DNA from: Nemertoderma westbladi
Taxonomy: Eukaryota; Animalia; Xenacoelomorpha
DNA length: 64,000 nt
Assembly (NCBI GenBank): GCA_032718475.1
Contig: JAUCBJ010004634.1
Coordinates: 1 to 64,000, forward strand
Reading direction: 5' to 3'
Shown here: piece after piece, positions 48,870 to 62,200 of the stretch
Layout: the number at the start of each line of letters is the position of its first letter
How positions within the stretch are numbered: the stretch's first letter is position 1
Position numbers and translations under genes: made by a program
The notes under the pieces: model-generated
Databases searched by the model: none
What the model was told of the DNA's origin: nothing
The model's input: only the letters and a program-made list of their open reading frames with translations

Positions 48870-49911
48870 TATAGTTGCAATGGGATCGGGATCCTAAAAA
48901 TTGGCATCCTGATGGAAAATCCCCAACCCGATGGAAAAATATCGGGATTTTTCGAGATTTGCTAAAGCTGACTTTATATGACTTGTATATATATTGTATA
49001 AAAAAAATAATAAATTGAAATAATTCTCTAGGGGTCTATAATGTTTCAGTTCTATTTATTTATTTCTACCTTATACATTATATTGCATGTGTCTGAGTCT
49101 AACTTACCGGTAAATGTTTTATACAATAGAATAATTTTTTATTGAACGTAGTAAGAATTATTTAGGCCTATTCATATTCCCCGCCATACTGATTTTTTAA
49201 GAATGGTCGAATTGCATTTGTTTTGCGGTAGCGTTACTTATTTATGCCATTAGCTTGATCCAAACTTCAGTGGCCAAAGTTTACCAGGAGTTGGTGGTAG
49301 TTATTATTGATAACGAAAATATCAATAATTGTTGATTACCGAAAAACAATTAAGTGTTAGTTATTTGTACATATATCACCGGTGTCGTTCCCTAAAATCA
49401 GGATCCCCAGTTACAATTACAGTATATGCTATCACTGATATGTAATAAATAAACTAAAAAACATACTGTATTTGTGATAGCATACCTACATAGCGCATAG
49501 TGAAAATTGGCCAGACAAAAGCAACAACACAGTCGGTCATTATGCTAGAACCTCTACCGTTAGTTGTATAATGACAACCACAACATACTGATTACTGAAC
49601 ATAAGGCTTTAAGTTAAGGTAGATAACAATATCGGATTACTACAGTATTAGGAGGCCTACATAATGAAACTGGAAGTTTACACTATCAACCAGATACCGG
49701 CGCAACAGGCCTATCTGGTTTCGTTTATACATACTGGTCTCAGTTCGTTCATTCGTACACGGTACCTGTTTGTGATATAATCAATTGCAAGTACAAAAAT
49801 AAGCAAAGTCTCTGATCTCTGGCTCTGGTCTCCGGTATTTTTCAAAATAATTCTCTGGGTAGGGCTCTGGTTCACCGGGATTAAGAAAAACAGGTCTCTG
49901 TTGCAACTCTA
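48870..49911. mobile_element. hAT-type terminal sequences (TA(T/G)AGTTGCAA) with subterminal repeats
   Basis: tatagttgcaa at 48870 and ttgcaactcta ending at 49911, with atcggg and ctctgg subterminal repeats. No matching TSD. Confidence 0.5.
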
Positions 49912-50164
49912 GTGACATGTCTTCGTTATGGCGACAGCTGAGAAAAATCATGATATAGGATCTGCATGGGGGCATAGCTCACACGTAAGTCCAGACTAGA
50001 CCTGCGTAGAGATACAATTAGTGGATCTAGTCTATCGCCCCCTAGCGGATGTTACAACAATGTTTCCATATGTAAATTATATATATTGTCGCTTTTCCAC
50101 CAGTTCGTGGACAGTTTGAATGTTTTATTCATAAAGACAATAAAATTAATATTTATTACTGCAG

Positions 50165-50297
50165 GGAGTACGGGTGCCATCTTCTATATCCCCTGAAACT
50201 GATGATTGTAACTACGAATATGGTGCGCTAACGACTGCGGGATATAGAGATAAAGATAAAGGCAGTTATCTTAGATACATTTGTATGAATTCACCGG
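50165..50297 (+). CDS. Host gene exon: C-type lectin domain, C-terminal part
   Basis: ctgcag|...|gtaag, phase 0-1, GVRVPSSISPETDDCNYEYGAL...LRYICMNSP. Confidence 0.75.
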
Positions 50298-51610
50298 GTA
50301 AGTAGAGGCCTATATAAAACCAGATTCATTCAGCCTCTGTGCACAATTTTGGTCTCTTCTGAAAACATTGGTTGATGTGTGAATAGAGTTGGATGGTTGA
50401 CATTGACAACATCTATATCCAAGAACATCGGATTTTTCATGAAGACACTGCCATCAAGTTTAGCAGCAATAAAAATTGTTAGAAATTTATCATCAACCTT
50501 GTTTATCGGAGAGGAAAAGCAATATCAAAGGATATGAGAAACCAATAATATACCGATATGTAGCGAGATATGATATTACATGATGCTACCAATTAATTAT
50601 GAGAATGTATGCACTACGTGATATCAGAGTGTGAGGTGTGAGTTTGAAAGCATGTGAATATAAAAGTGGATGGTATCATTAGGGCCAATTAACATTGCCA
50701 TTGTATCATAGCTAATTGTTATGCGTGTAGTACATAAGAGCTTCATCTATTTTGGCCTTTAATGTAACTTCATACTCTCTTTACTCAGTGTTGCTATCTT
50801 AATTGATCACTACCGACCACCATACCTGTGTCATGATGACCTGTGTTCGTTCACCGGTTACACATTCACCTGTTTAGACAGTGCATTATTAGCACCATTC
50901 GTTCACCCGTTTAGGAAGTGCATTATTATTATATTGACATGAAGTTGGAGCTATATATATACGAAGGATTGTTTCATTCGTGAGGTATCTCATGATTGAT
51001 CTGTAGACTTTATTAAAACCGACCCGGTTTGTTTAAAATTTTAGATTTAAAATAATTAATTAGATAAAATAAATACTAATAAAATAACATTATGGCTATA
51101 AACTAAAATATTATGGCTATAAACTAAGTCAAGTGTGTTTAAGTACAATGCCAGTAGTAAGGTAGATTTACAGGCCATGACGTGCGAATAATCATATGGT
51201 GGTTCCCTGTAGAACTTGCAGACGCATGATGGGGGCAATAGCATATATTCTGGGAAGTCTAGTTTAGTTGAGGAGCCTGTGTTGATTTCGCCATTATAGG
51301 TAGGCAATAAAAGTTGCAAGGTTTGGGAATAAAGTATGATTGCAGCATATTGGAAGATCAGGATGCATTAATAGCAACAACACATGAGGACATTATGGAA
51401 AGTTTATTAATGTATTATTGCTGAAGTTAATGTAATGAATGATCTTTCAGAAGAGATTGATTTTTTTTAATAGAACAGATATACAGATGATATATTACAA
51501 ACTAAGTATTCTCAGCAAAGATTTAATACTTAAACTGTGATTTTCTACAACTTCCCTTTCACTTTTTGTCTGTTTTTCATTCTTGTTACTCTATTATTTT
51601 TTGTTCACAG

Positions 51611-51739
51611 ATATACCATCGCCAGGAACCTTTGAATGCCCAGATTGCTCGGAAGGGTTAGTTACCGAATGTAAGACAGGGTTCGCCGCAGTAATGCACG
51701 AGGGCTATATGAGTGGTGCCATGGACTCGATGTGTATAA
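51611..51739 (+). CDS. Host gene exon: degenerate EGF-like/Cys module
   Basis: phase 1-1, ECPDCSEGLVTECKTGF...DSMCI. Confidence 0.7.
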
Positions 51740-52281
51740 GTAAGTATGATACAATGGGTGATACAGTAATACCAATTAAACCGTGCGAACTAGGATTAAC
51801 TGGAGTTCTGACTATTCGCCCCCTAGCTGCAGACAGAGGAACTGTAAGAGTCTGTCTGTGTGCATAATTTCTAATTAAGCAATGCTCGTAGGTTACTCCT
51901 AGCAAATTTCAGATGAATCTGATGTTTGGTTCTATAATTACAGCTACTTTACGTTTCTGTTAATTCGCCCCTTAGCGGCAGACTAAGGAACTATAGAAGT
52001 CTGTCTGTATGTAGAATTTCGAAACAACTTTTGATAGACTAAATGTGTTCCAAGTTTGGTTCCATGTCATCCATGATTGAACGACTTATTAGCGTTCAAA
52101 CATTCCTGCTACACACACACACACACACAGCCCTACAAACACCCCTACAAACTAATAATAGCTGCTGGAACTCGAGCAGAGCTCCAGTGATAGTCATGGT
52201 GCTGTAGATGTTTTGTTTATAAGGAGAGTCTTTATTATAAATTTAAGATACTTAACTAACTCTCTCATTTAAATTGTCCAG

Positions 52282-52407
52282 AACATCCAACCTCTATAAG
52301 CGATCAATGCGACACGATTGGATGCAATTACGAATTCGGGGTATGTGAGAATGGGTTTATATCCAATGGGAAAGGAGATGACAATGGAAATGGAGACGGA
52401 TGTGAAG
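52282..52407 (+). CDS. Host gene exon: degenerate EGF-like module
   Basis: phase 1-1, DQCDTIGCNYEFGVCENGFISNG...GDGCE. Confidence 0.75.
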
Positions 52408-52524
52408 GTTAGCTTCATGGGATTCGATGACGCTTTATAAACTACTGTAGATACTTATATCTTAATCACACTTTACTCTAGACAATAGACAAAAAAGTAT
52501 TATAATTTATCGTCAATATTGTAG

Positions 52525-52642
52525 ATCTCGACGCTATTGATACGGTTGTTGTGTTGGAAGGTACTGGATATGTTGTCTATGAAGATTCATTTATCTCGGC
52601 ACGGTGTGACACCAATTTCGGAACATTTGCTGAATTTGATAA
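52525..52642 (+). CDS. Host gene exon: Ig-like domain 1, first half
   Basis: phase 1-2, VVYEDSFISARCD; joins the next exon as N-YRWEKDG. Confidence 0.7.
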
Positions 52643-53035
52643 GTTTGTACATTTTAGTTATAATTGAATTACATAGGCTACTTCAGATTGCTGGGACGCA
52701 AATTCATCCCTCTCAATGGGAAAATCTATGCAAATAACAGCTGATTGCTCCCAATTTGTTTTGGTTAGAACATAACATGCCTCTGTAACCTGTTCCTTTC
52801 CCTTTGTTAATTTAACATTAAGGCGAAATATTAATTCGGTTGGGGTCCAATTGTCTTCTGTTTTTTACAGCAAATGTGGCAAAGTTCTACTTTTACTTTT
52901 CCGAAACTTTATCGCTAAATCGTTAAAACTTTATCGTTAATAGCTACATCGCTAAAACTTTCTCACTTTTGGGATCGCGTTCTATAGAAATACCTGGAAG
53001 ATTCTCCATTTTAATATCATAAAATTATTCTCCAG

Positions 53036-53196
53036 CTACCGATGGGAGAAGGACGGTGTAGTGATGTCGTTTGAAACCGAGACCATACACTTTATGGAAC
53101 CGCTCGGCGTTTACAGTATAGTTTGCAGTTTCTACACCAAGAAATACAGAGAGTACGAATTGAGTCCCCCAGTAACCGTTCAAGTAATACAATTAT
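53036..53196 (+). CDS. Host gene exon: Ig-like domain 1, second half
   Basis: phase 2-1, YRWEKDG...GVYSIVCSF...SPPVTVQV. Confidence 0.75.
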
Positions 53197-53514
53197 GTTA
53201 GTGAATATTTAACTAGAATTTATTTATATAATGGTATAATGAATGTTAGAACGACTTCTCATCTTCCCACCATATGGTCATGTATTCGAAACTGAGTGCA
53301 ATCAAATATAACTAATTCAGAAGTGTTAACACTAATGAACCAACCCCAGTCCACACATCATTTATTTATTTGTACTTTCCTCCTGTTTCACTCTAACATA
53401 CTTGTGGCCGGTAGGTCTGCTGTTATTAGAGATGTGATATTCAACTAAAGACTGCTTGTTCAATAGAAGTGGATTAGGTGGGAGAGTAAGTTTACTCCCC
53501 TATATTATTTCTAG

Positions 53515-53678
53515 CGATATTCGTAATATCTCCGTTGGACGCCCCAACTACGAATGGAGGTCTGTACGAAGTAATAGACGGAAATGAGGCGCAAGTTCGT
53601 GGGCCGGATAGATTCTCTCTCAAGTGCCTCTTCGAGATGAGTAACGATATACCCGGTGGCTGCCCCAATCCTATAGAG
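53515..53678 (+). CDS. Host gene exon: Ig-like domain 2, first half
   Basis: phase 1-0, ...GPDRFSLKCLF...PIE; continues as WYR in exon 56190. Confidence 0.75.
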
Positions 53679-53847
53679 GTATGTGGCAGATTGTTAAAAT
53701 ACTGTTTACTTTGGTATACAAAATGTTGGTATGTATAGCTACTATTTATTTAATTATTATCTTCTGCTGGTTGGTTGTATTTCCACCACATACAGTACAT
53801 ATTCTATTGGTCAAGAGACATTCGCAGTATGTCGTCTACGAGTACAC

Positions 53848-54753
53848 CTTGTTCATAATTGTAGTTGACTATGTTCTACGCATGTCCTTAGATCATCATA
53901 ATGATGATGGGGTGATGATAACTCCACCTACTGGCTCCAGAAGTCGAGGAAATCCTGCCAAGTACCTAACTGATCTAGACTTTGCTGATGACTTAGGAGT
54001 ACTCTCAGAATCACTAGAGGGAGCCCAACGGCTCCTCAGCTCATTAGAACAGGCTGCTTCTAGTGTTGGTCTCTTTATTAACTCCAGAAAGACCAAAATT
54101 TTGGCAGTTCACTTTGAAAGTCCTCAGCAAGTCTCTGACCGGATGAGCATAAGCTAAAAGGATGGTATGCTTGAGCATGTGGACGACTTCTGTGACCTGG
54201 GATTATGGATCCGGAAGTCAGGACTTACGTCATACGTAAGGGAAAGGCATGGGCAGCCTTGAATAGGCTTTCCAGGATTTGGAAGTCATCGAGAATTAAT
54301 CGGAAACTTAAGGTCCGATTATTTTGCGCAGCAGTAGTACCAGTACTCCTCTATGGGAGTCCATGCTGGGCTCTAACTGCTGAGGACACCAAATCTCTGG
54401 ATGGCACATTCACAAGAATGCTCCACCGGGTTCATTGTGTCAAGTACAATGCACACATCTCCAACCAGACACTATATAATATTGGAGGTGTCTCATTGGT
54501 TCCCCCAAGCTTGACACTAGAACAAAATCGCCTCCGCTTCTTTGCAGGACATTTCTTTCGCCGTGAGAACCAGCCAGTGCATAATCTTGTACCTTGGCAG
54601 CCTCATGGAGTGAATAAGCATGGTGGACAGCCCATGACTTTCTTGAGACGCATCTTAAAGGTTAAACGATTGTAGCGGCGCAATTTTGTCGACAAGCCGG
54701 CACAGCATTCTTAAAAATGCAGCTGCAATGCAGCATGCCGATCCTAGTAGTAG
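53848..54753 (+). mobile_element. 5'-truncated RTE-clade copy
   Basis: LFIIVVDY, DLDFADD, same 3' UTR and (TAG)n tail as 19905-21234. Confidence 0.9.
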
Positions 54754-55203
54754 TATGACCCGTAATATAGTGTATTGTCTGATGAAATTCATAATTTTAT
54801 ACAAATCGTTGTTTCGACTGGAAAATGGTTGTAATATTGCTTTAAATTTCAAATCGACTAGATCAAATCACCGTCTTTGTTACCATGACGCCAGAATTTT
54901 CGATTTTGCCTGTAGATTCGCTTTAAGCGTTTTAAACAAGTGTATTGTGTAAAATCACCCCCGTATCGTAGCCATTATTAGTCGAAATTCTGTCATATCA
55001 TCACAAGGATTCCTAATGTGTTACAATATCTGAATTTTATTGAAAAACATGTGAGATATAGCCGTTCAAAGATTGCAATAATTATTGTTCGCTGTAGGAT
55101 ATTTATTTATACTATTTAATACTTTCACATAATTCTAAATCGTTATTTCATGTACAGTATTTCATGAGTAGGTCTGCACCAGCGGTATGCTGCCTATGAA
55201 TAT

Positions 55204-56102
55204 GGGGTGATGGGGTGATGATAACTCCACCTTCTGGCTCCAGAAGTCGAGGAAATCCTGCCAAGTACCTAACTGATCTAGACTTTGCTGATGACTTAGG
55301 AGTACTCTCAGAATCATTAGAGGGAGCCCAACGGCTCCTCAGCTCATTAGAACATGCTGCTTCTAGTGTTGGTCTTTTTATTAACTCCAGAAAGACCAAA
55401 ATTCTGACAATTAACTTTGAAAGTCCTCAGCAAGTCTCTGATCGGATGAGCATAAGCTCAAAGGATGGTATGCTTGAGCATGTGGACGACTTCTGTTACC
55501 TGGGATCATGGATCCGGAAGTCAGGTGAGGACCTTCGAATACGTAAGGGAAAGGCATGGGCAGCCTTGAATAAGCTTTCCAGGATTTGGAAGTCACCTAG
55601 AATTAATCGGAAACTTAAGGTCCGCTTATTTAGAGCAGCAGTAGTTCCTGTACTCCTCTACGGGAGTCCATGCTGGGCTCTAACTGCTGAGGACACCAAA
55701 TCTCTGGATGGCACATTCACAAGAATGCTACGCCGGGGTTATTGTGTCAAGTACAATGCACACATCTCCAACCAGACCCTATATAACATTGGAGGTGTCT
55801 CATTGGTTCCCCCCAAGCTTGACACTAGAACAAAATCGCCTCCGCTTTGCAGGACATTGCTTTCGCGGTGAGGATCAGCCAGTGCATAATCTTGTACTTT
55901 GGCAGCCTCATGGAGTGAATAAGCATGGTGGACAGCCCATGACTTTCTTGAGACGCATCTTAAAGGACACTGGCCTTAAAGATGCGGATGATCTAGCAAA
56001 TGTCATGGGTGATGGGGAGTTGTGGCGGTGCAATTTTGTTGACAAGCCGGCGCAGCATTCTTAAAAATGCAGCTGCAATGCAGCATGCCGATTCTAGTAG
56101 CA
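55204..56102 (+). mobile_element. 5'-truncated RTE-clade copy with a 12-bp TSD
   Basis: DLDFADD, FCYLGS, same 3' end. TSD GCCTATGAATAT at 55192-55203 and 56103-56114. Confidence 0.9.
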
Positions 56103-56189
56103 GCCTATGAATATCCGGAGGATAACATAAATTTATAATTTAATATTATTGATTAATTGGTATTATAAAACATTTCTACTAACATTTAG

Positions 56190-56415
56190 TGGTATAGAAT
56201 AAATGTGGACAGTAGAGGTCGGTTCAAGAGTCTGGAGTTGGGTTCGGGTGACGCGTCTCAGATTACCAATGGAGCGACTATAAGGTTTCCAGAAACAACA
56301 GAAGTGGATCAGGGTTCGGTCAGCAACTTCCGATGGTCTTGTGGCTGCAAATTCGGAACGGATGTTACCCCCTTGATAAACCTTCCGAAAGAATTTTACA
56401 ATGTTGATGTGATTG
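56190..56415 (+). CDS. Host gene exon: Ig-like domain 2, second half
   Basis: phase 0-1, WYRINV...TIRFPETTEVDQG...WSCGC...VDVI. Confidence 0.75.
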
Positions 56416-56939
56416 GTGAGTCGTTGTTAAATATGTAAGACCCTCAACCCTTAGTGTTTCATACTAAAACTATATAACAGTAGGCCTAGTACTGTAGTAC
56501 ATGTAGTTACAGATGTGGCACATTTCCTTGTAGCATGTTTTAATACCGAGGTATATTCTCGGCTGCAAGTGCAAGATACCAGCAGGCAGAATGTTATATT
56601 AAAATGGCTGTAAAGTGTAGATTATTATAATAATTAAATTAAAATTATAAACAATAATATGAAACCACTCATTAACCAAAAAACACTAATTATTAATTAT
56701 TATTACATGTTGTGGCCGAAATATTGGCACTCACATTAACACCTTTTTGATCACCCTAAAGATCCGACCTCTCGTTTTTCCCCCCTCCCAACCCGAAACT
56801 CGAAAAAACACTAATGATAAATCAGTCTTCATTTCTATTGTGCCCGCCATGTAAATTTTTTGGTCTGCCAAAAAAGATTATTCTTAAATAAATCAACGAG
56901 AATTCATCCGTGCCGAACAACTGTTATTAATTGTTGCAG

Positions 56940-57048
56940 ATCCGCCGAGAGTAGAAATGGTTATGCATCCTATTGTCGTGTTTGCTGGCGATACAATGAG
57001 AATCGCGTGCGACATCTCCCGTATAAACGCCCCTTCAGTTGATTACAG
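56940..57048 (+). CDS. Host gene exon: Ig-like domain 3, first half
   Basis: phase 1-2, PPRVEM...VFAGDTMRIACDI. Confidence 0.8.
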
Positions 57049-57083
57049 GTCAGTTGACGGGAATAAGTTGGCTTATTGAGGCT

Positions 57084-57357
57084 TTTTTGGTCCGCGTAAC
57101 GAGACCTCTAGTAATCACTCCGTTGTTGATGTTGTTATTGATGTTTATTTCCAGTTTGGTTTTAGTTTTTTAACGCTTCATACGGCGCATTGGCGAAGTT
57201 GGTCGAGCGTTGGACTTGTGATCTCTAGGTAATGAGTTCAATCCCACTTGCCGGTGAATTTTTTTGGTTGTAAGATTAGTAGTAAAGCCATTCAAGGAGG
57301 AGACAGTTTATCATGCGTTAGTAGACGCGGATCTTTGCGCTATTTCGCGCTTGTTTA
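57084..57357 (+). mobile_element. HINE-like element carrying a tRNA-derived (A/B box) segment
   Basis: Subterminal IR ggtccgcgt / acgcggatc, 3' hairpin gcgctatttcgcgc before TT, (gtt/gat) microsatellite, and TGGCGAAGTTGG...GAGTTCAATCC at 57184-57255. Confidence 0.5.
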
Positions 57358-57428
57358 TGTTATTTGCCTTTGATGTTTTATCAAGCACTCTATTATTTGC
57401 AAACTACATATATATATTTTATTTTCAG

Positions 57429-57604
57429 TGTCGGAATGTACCGAGACGAAAACCCCGGGACTAGAATCGAGATGGCGACCTCAGATCGGGTTATTTTTCT
57501 AGGTGCCAGTCGCGCCAACAACGGCGTATACGATTGCCGTGTTAAAATAGGTATCAGTTACTATAACAATTTGGAAGACACGAGGATTAGACTAAAAGTT
57601 ATAG
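57429..57604 (+). CDS. Host gene exon: Ig-like domain 3, second half
   Basis: phase 2-1, ...ASRANNGVYDCRV...IRLKVI. Confidence 0.8.
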
Positions 57605-57947
57605 GTATGTTAGATGAAACTCTTTGGTAACAATAGGCCCTTGAATAGACCAAAGCACCTTGTGTTGAGTACTGACAGATTAAATTCCTTTGGTTGACTA
57701 GAGACGGGCCTAGCGGCCCGTGAAGCAAGTCGTAGGAGACAGTACGAGTCAAGTAAAAGCTTTTTGTTCTGTCAGATAATCAATTAGTGTGAGGGTAGTC
57801 CCGGTGGTGTACGAAAAATTTTCTAGACAACTTCAAACTATAATTATTATGTTGTAATCATCTAATGAATTATTGGTTGAGATTGTAATAACCAGCTAAA
57901 ACAGTTAATGTTTTGTTTGATTACTGTCTGGGTTGTAGAGTAGAGTT

Positions 57948-58297
57948 AGAGTGATAATAAAACTTGGCAGAGAAAGTACTTCTTTGTTAGTTGCCCTTCC
58001 TATTGAATGCATTACCAGGCCATCTCTATACATTTTTCATGAGTGCCAGCTGGGTTTTATCATTGCGCCTATGCCAATTTTCGTGTTTTGGGGCTATTTT
58101 CGAAATAAAACAAGTTGAGATGTTTCAATTTAAACCGCGATTTACAAGTACCCTTAGAAATCTATTTTCATGGTCCATGCAAAATTTCATCAAAATCGTT
58201 TGAGCCGTTTTTGCTGTAGGTCAGCAGCCATTAGTCAGTAGCCAGTAGTCAGTAGCTTTTTTTTCTTATCACAGTAATCAAGTCTAACGACTTGCTA
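57948..58297 (-). mobile_element. HINE-like family B, copy 2
   Basis: Near-identical to 12290-12655. Confidence 0.55.
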
Positions 58298-58468
58298 ACT
58301 AGGGCACATATTTCTGATTAAAGCCACATGGCTGACTGTAGAGCACACCATGGCATGGGTTGTATAGATCGACTGATGAACTGTTTGTTGACCAACACAA
58401 ATCTACGATCCCGGGCCCTTTTAGGTACCTGAAAATTGCCAATTTGTAATTTAATTTATATTTTTCAG

Positions 58469-58692
58469 TTATCAGCGCTGATTCTGTGAAAATGATAGAA
58501 ATGCCTGGCAGCGCCATAGTAGAGGAACCTCCAGCAGTCGGCTGGTTCATGGTGGGGGAACCAATCAATTTCTTCTGTAACATAACCGAAGATATCATTG
58601 TAGACAATAATCTCGTGTTCGGTTTCTATTGGTTTAATGGACGCAATGCTATTGCTTCGCTAGAGGGCGTTACAACATTCGCTAAAGGAACA
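58469..58692 (+). CDS. Host gene exon: Ig-like domain 4, first half
   Basis: phase 1-0, VGEPINFFCNIT...FYWFNG. Confidence 0.8.
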
Positions 58693-59077
58693 GTTAGTAA
58701 CTGTTTATCAAAAAATACATAAAAATGAATGTTTATTTACAATATAAATTCAGGTGTGTAGACATATCTACTCTACGATGTCTACTCATTTCTTCCATTT
58801 ACGATGGATTAATATTTTCATTTTATTTTAATAATAATAATTAGTTTTAAATTTCCCGCCTTGGCCTGTCTTTCTGTGTCTTTTCATTCATTGGTTAATA
58901 GGTTCGGTGCAAATACTAATTGTTTACTCTAAAATATACCATTTATTTATTTTTACAATATTGATTTGTTCTATTTTATACCAATTCAGCACTAATAATA
59001 ATTAATAATATATAATAAAATAGCACATAATAATAATTGTAATATATAATAATACATAATTAATATCTCTATAACAG

Positions 59078-59216
59078 AGGGTTGGAACACTAGATAAGGA
59101 ACTGTTTACGTTGGAAATGCCTCAGTACGAAGACTCCGGCCTCTACACGTGTCGCTCGAAATTAGCCTTGTCTAAAATCATACAATCATCCGACAGATTT
59201 GAGATTAATATTTATG
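59078..59216 (+). CDS. Host gene exon: Ig-like domain 4, second half
   Basis: phase 0-1, TLEMPQYEDSGLYTCRS (DxGxYxC). Confidence 0.85.
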
Positions 59217-59265
59217 GTGAGTTTTGTCGTCTTTACAAACTAAATAGTAATTCAGATTATACTTT

Positions 59266-62200
59266 CTGGTACTACAGGCAGACACACATTGCATTCCTTA
59301 TCCTTTCTGCCCTTGTACCGGTACTACAGTCAGACACACATTGCACTCCTTATCCTTTCTGCCCTTTGTGACGGTACAACAGTCAGACACACATTGCACT
59401 CCTTATCCTTTCTGCCCTTTATGACGGTACTACAGTCAGACACACATTGCACTCCTTATCCTTTCTGCCATTGTACCGGTACTACAGTCAGACACACATT
59501 GCACTCCTTATCCCTTCTGCCCTTTATGACGGTACTACAGTCAGACACACATTGCACTCCTTATCCTTTCTGCCCTTTGTGGTACTACAGTCAGACACAC
59601 ATTGCATTCCTTATCCTTTCTGCCCTTTGTGATGGTACTACAGTCAGACACACGTTGCACTCCTTATCCGTTCTGCCCTTTGTGGTACTACAGTCAGACA
59701 CACATTGCATTCCTTATCCTTTCTGCCCTTTGTGACGGTACTACAGTCAGACACACATTGCACTCCTTCCTTATCCTTTCTGCCCTTTGTGACGGTACTA
59801 CAGTCAGACACACATTGCACTCCTTATCCTTTCTACCCTTTGTGACGGTACTACAGTCAGACACACATTGCACTCCTTATCCTTTCTGCCCTTTGTGGTA
59901 CTACAGTCAGACACACATTGCATTCCTTATCCTTTCTGCCCTTTGTGATGGTACTACAGTCAGACACACATTGCACTCCTTATCCTTTCTGCCCTTTGTG
60001 GTACTACAGTCAGACACACATTGCATTCCTTATCCTTTCTGCCCTTTGTGACGGTACTACAGTCAGTAACACATTGCACTCCTTCCTTATCCTTTCTGCC
60101 CTTTGTGACGGTACTACAGTCAGACACACATTGCACTCCTTATCCTTTCTGCCCTTTGTGACGGTACTACAGTCAGACACACATTGCACTCCTTATCTTT
60201 TCTGCCCTTGTACCGGTACTACAGTCAGACACACATTGCACTCCTTATCCTTACTGCCCTTTGTAACGGAAAACGGTACTACAGTCAGACACACATTGCA
60301 CTCCTTATCCTTTCTGCCCTTTGTGACGGTACAACAGACAGACACACATTGCACTCCTTATCCTTTCTGCCATTTGTGACGGTACTATAGTCAGACACAC
60401 ATTGCACTCCTTATCCTTTCTGCCATTTGTGACGGTACTACAGTCAGACACACATTGCACTCCTTATCCTTTCTGCCCTTTTAACGGTACTATAGTCAGA
60501 CACAAATTGCACTCCTTATCCTTTCTGCCATTGACGGTACTATAGTCAGACACACATTGCACTCCTTATCCTTTCTGCCCTTTGTGATGGTACAACAGTC
60601 AGACACACATTGCATTCCTTATCCTTTCTGCCATTGTACCGGTACTACAGTCAGACACACATTGCACTCTTTATCCTTTCTGCCCTTTATGACGGTACTA
60701 CAGTCAGACACACATTGCACTCCTTATCCTTTCTGCCCTTTGTGGTACTACAGTCAGACACACATTGCATTCCTTATCCTTTCTGCCCTTTGTGACGGTA
60801 CTACAGTCAGACACACATTGCACTCATTCCTTATCCTTTCTGCCCTTTGTGACGGTACTACAGTCAGACACACATTGCACTCCTTATCCTTTCCGCCCTT
60901 TGTGACGGTACTACAGTCAGACACACATTGCACTCCTTATCCTTTCTGCCCTTGTACCGGTACTACAGTCAGACACACATTGCACTCCTTATCCTTACTG
61001 CCCTTTGTAACGGAAAACGGTACTACAGTCAGACACACATTGCACTCCTTATCCTTTCTGCCCTTTGTGACGGTACAACAGTTAGACACACATTGCACTC
61101 CTTATCCTTTCTGTCCTTGTACCGGTACTTCAGTCAGACACAACACATTGCACTCCTTATACTTTCTGCCCTTTGTGGCGGTACTACAGTCAGACACACA
61201 TTGCACTCCTTATCATGTCTGCCCTTGTACCAGTGCTACAGTCAGACACACATTGCACTCCATATCCTTTCTGCCCTTTGTAACGGTACTACAGTCAGAC
61301 ACACATTGCACTCCTTATCATGTCTGCCCTTGTACCAGTGCTACAGTCAGACACACATTGCACTCCTTATCATGTCTGCCCTTGTACCAGTGCTACAGTC
61401 AGACACACATTGCACTCCTTATCCTTTCTGCCATTTGTGACGGTACTATAGTCAGACACACATTGCACTCCTTATCCTTTCTGCCATTTGTGACGGTACT
61501 ATAGTCAGACACACATTGCACTCCTTATCCTTTCTGCCCTTTGTGACGGTACTACAGTCAGACACACATTGCACTCCTTATCCTTTCTGCCCTTGTACCG
61601 GTACTACAGTCAGACACACATTGCACTCCTTATCCTTACTGCCCTTTGTAACGGTACTACAGCAAGATACAATTGCACTCCTTATCCTTTCTGCCCTTTG
61701 TGACGGTACTACAGTCAGACACACATTGCACTCCTTATCCTTTCTGCCCTTTGTGACGGTACTGCAGTCAGACACACATTGCACTCCTTATCCTTTCTGC
61801 CCTTTGTGACGGTACTACAGTCAGACACAATTGCACTCCCTATCCTTTCTGCCCTTGTACCGGTACTACAGTCAGACATACATTGCACTCCTTATCCTTT
61901 CTGCCCTTGTACAGGTACTACAGTCAGACAGACATTGCACTCCTTATCCTTTCTGCCCTTTGTGACTGTTCTACAGTCAGACACACATTGCACTCCTTAT
62001 CCTTTCTGCCCTTGTACCGGTACTACAGTCAGACACACATTGCACTCCTTATCCGTTCTGCCATTTGTGACGGTACTACAGTAAGACACACATTGCACTC
62101 CTTATCCTGTCTGCCCTTGTACCGGTACTACAGTCAGACACACATTGCACTCCTTATCCTTTCTGCCCTTGTACCGGTACTACAGTCAGACACACATTGC

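Noticed and set aside
48870-49911. Self-contained hAT MITE
   Set aside because: TIR-like ends are present, but the flanking 8-mers do not match and the subterminal repeats differ. Probably ends of two related elements.
49913-49984. Possible middle CTLD exon ending at GTAAGT (49985)
   Set aside because: In-frame stop at its start and wrong entry phase. Exon 38657-38763 fits both phase and motifs.
57184-57255. tRNA gene
   Set aside because: Acceptor and anticodon stems pair poorly; it looks tRNA-derived rather than a functional tRNA.
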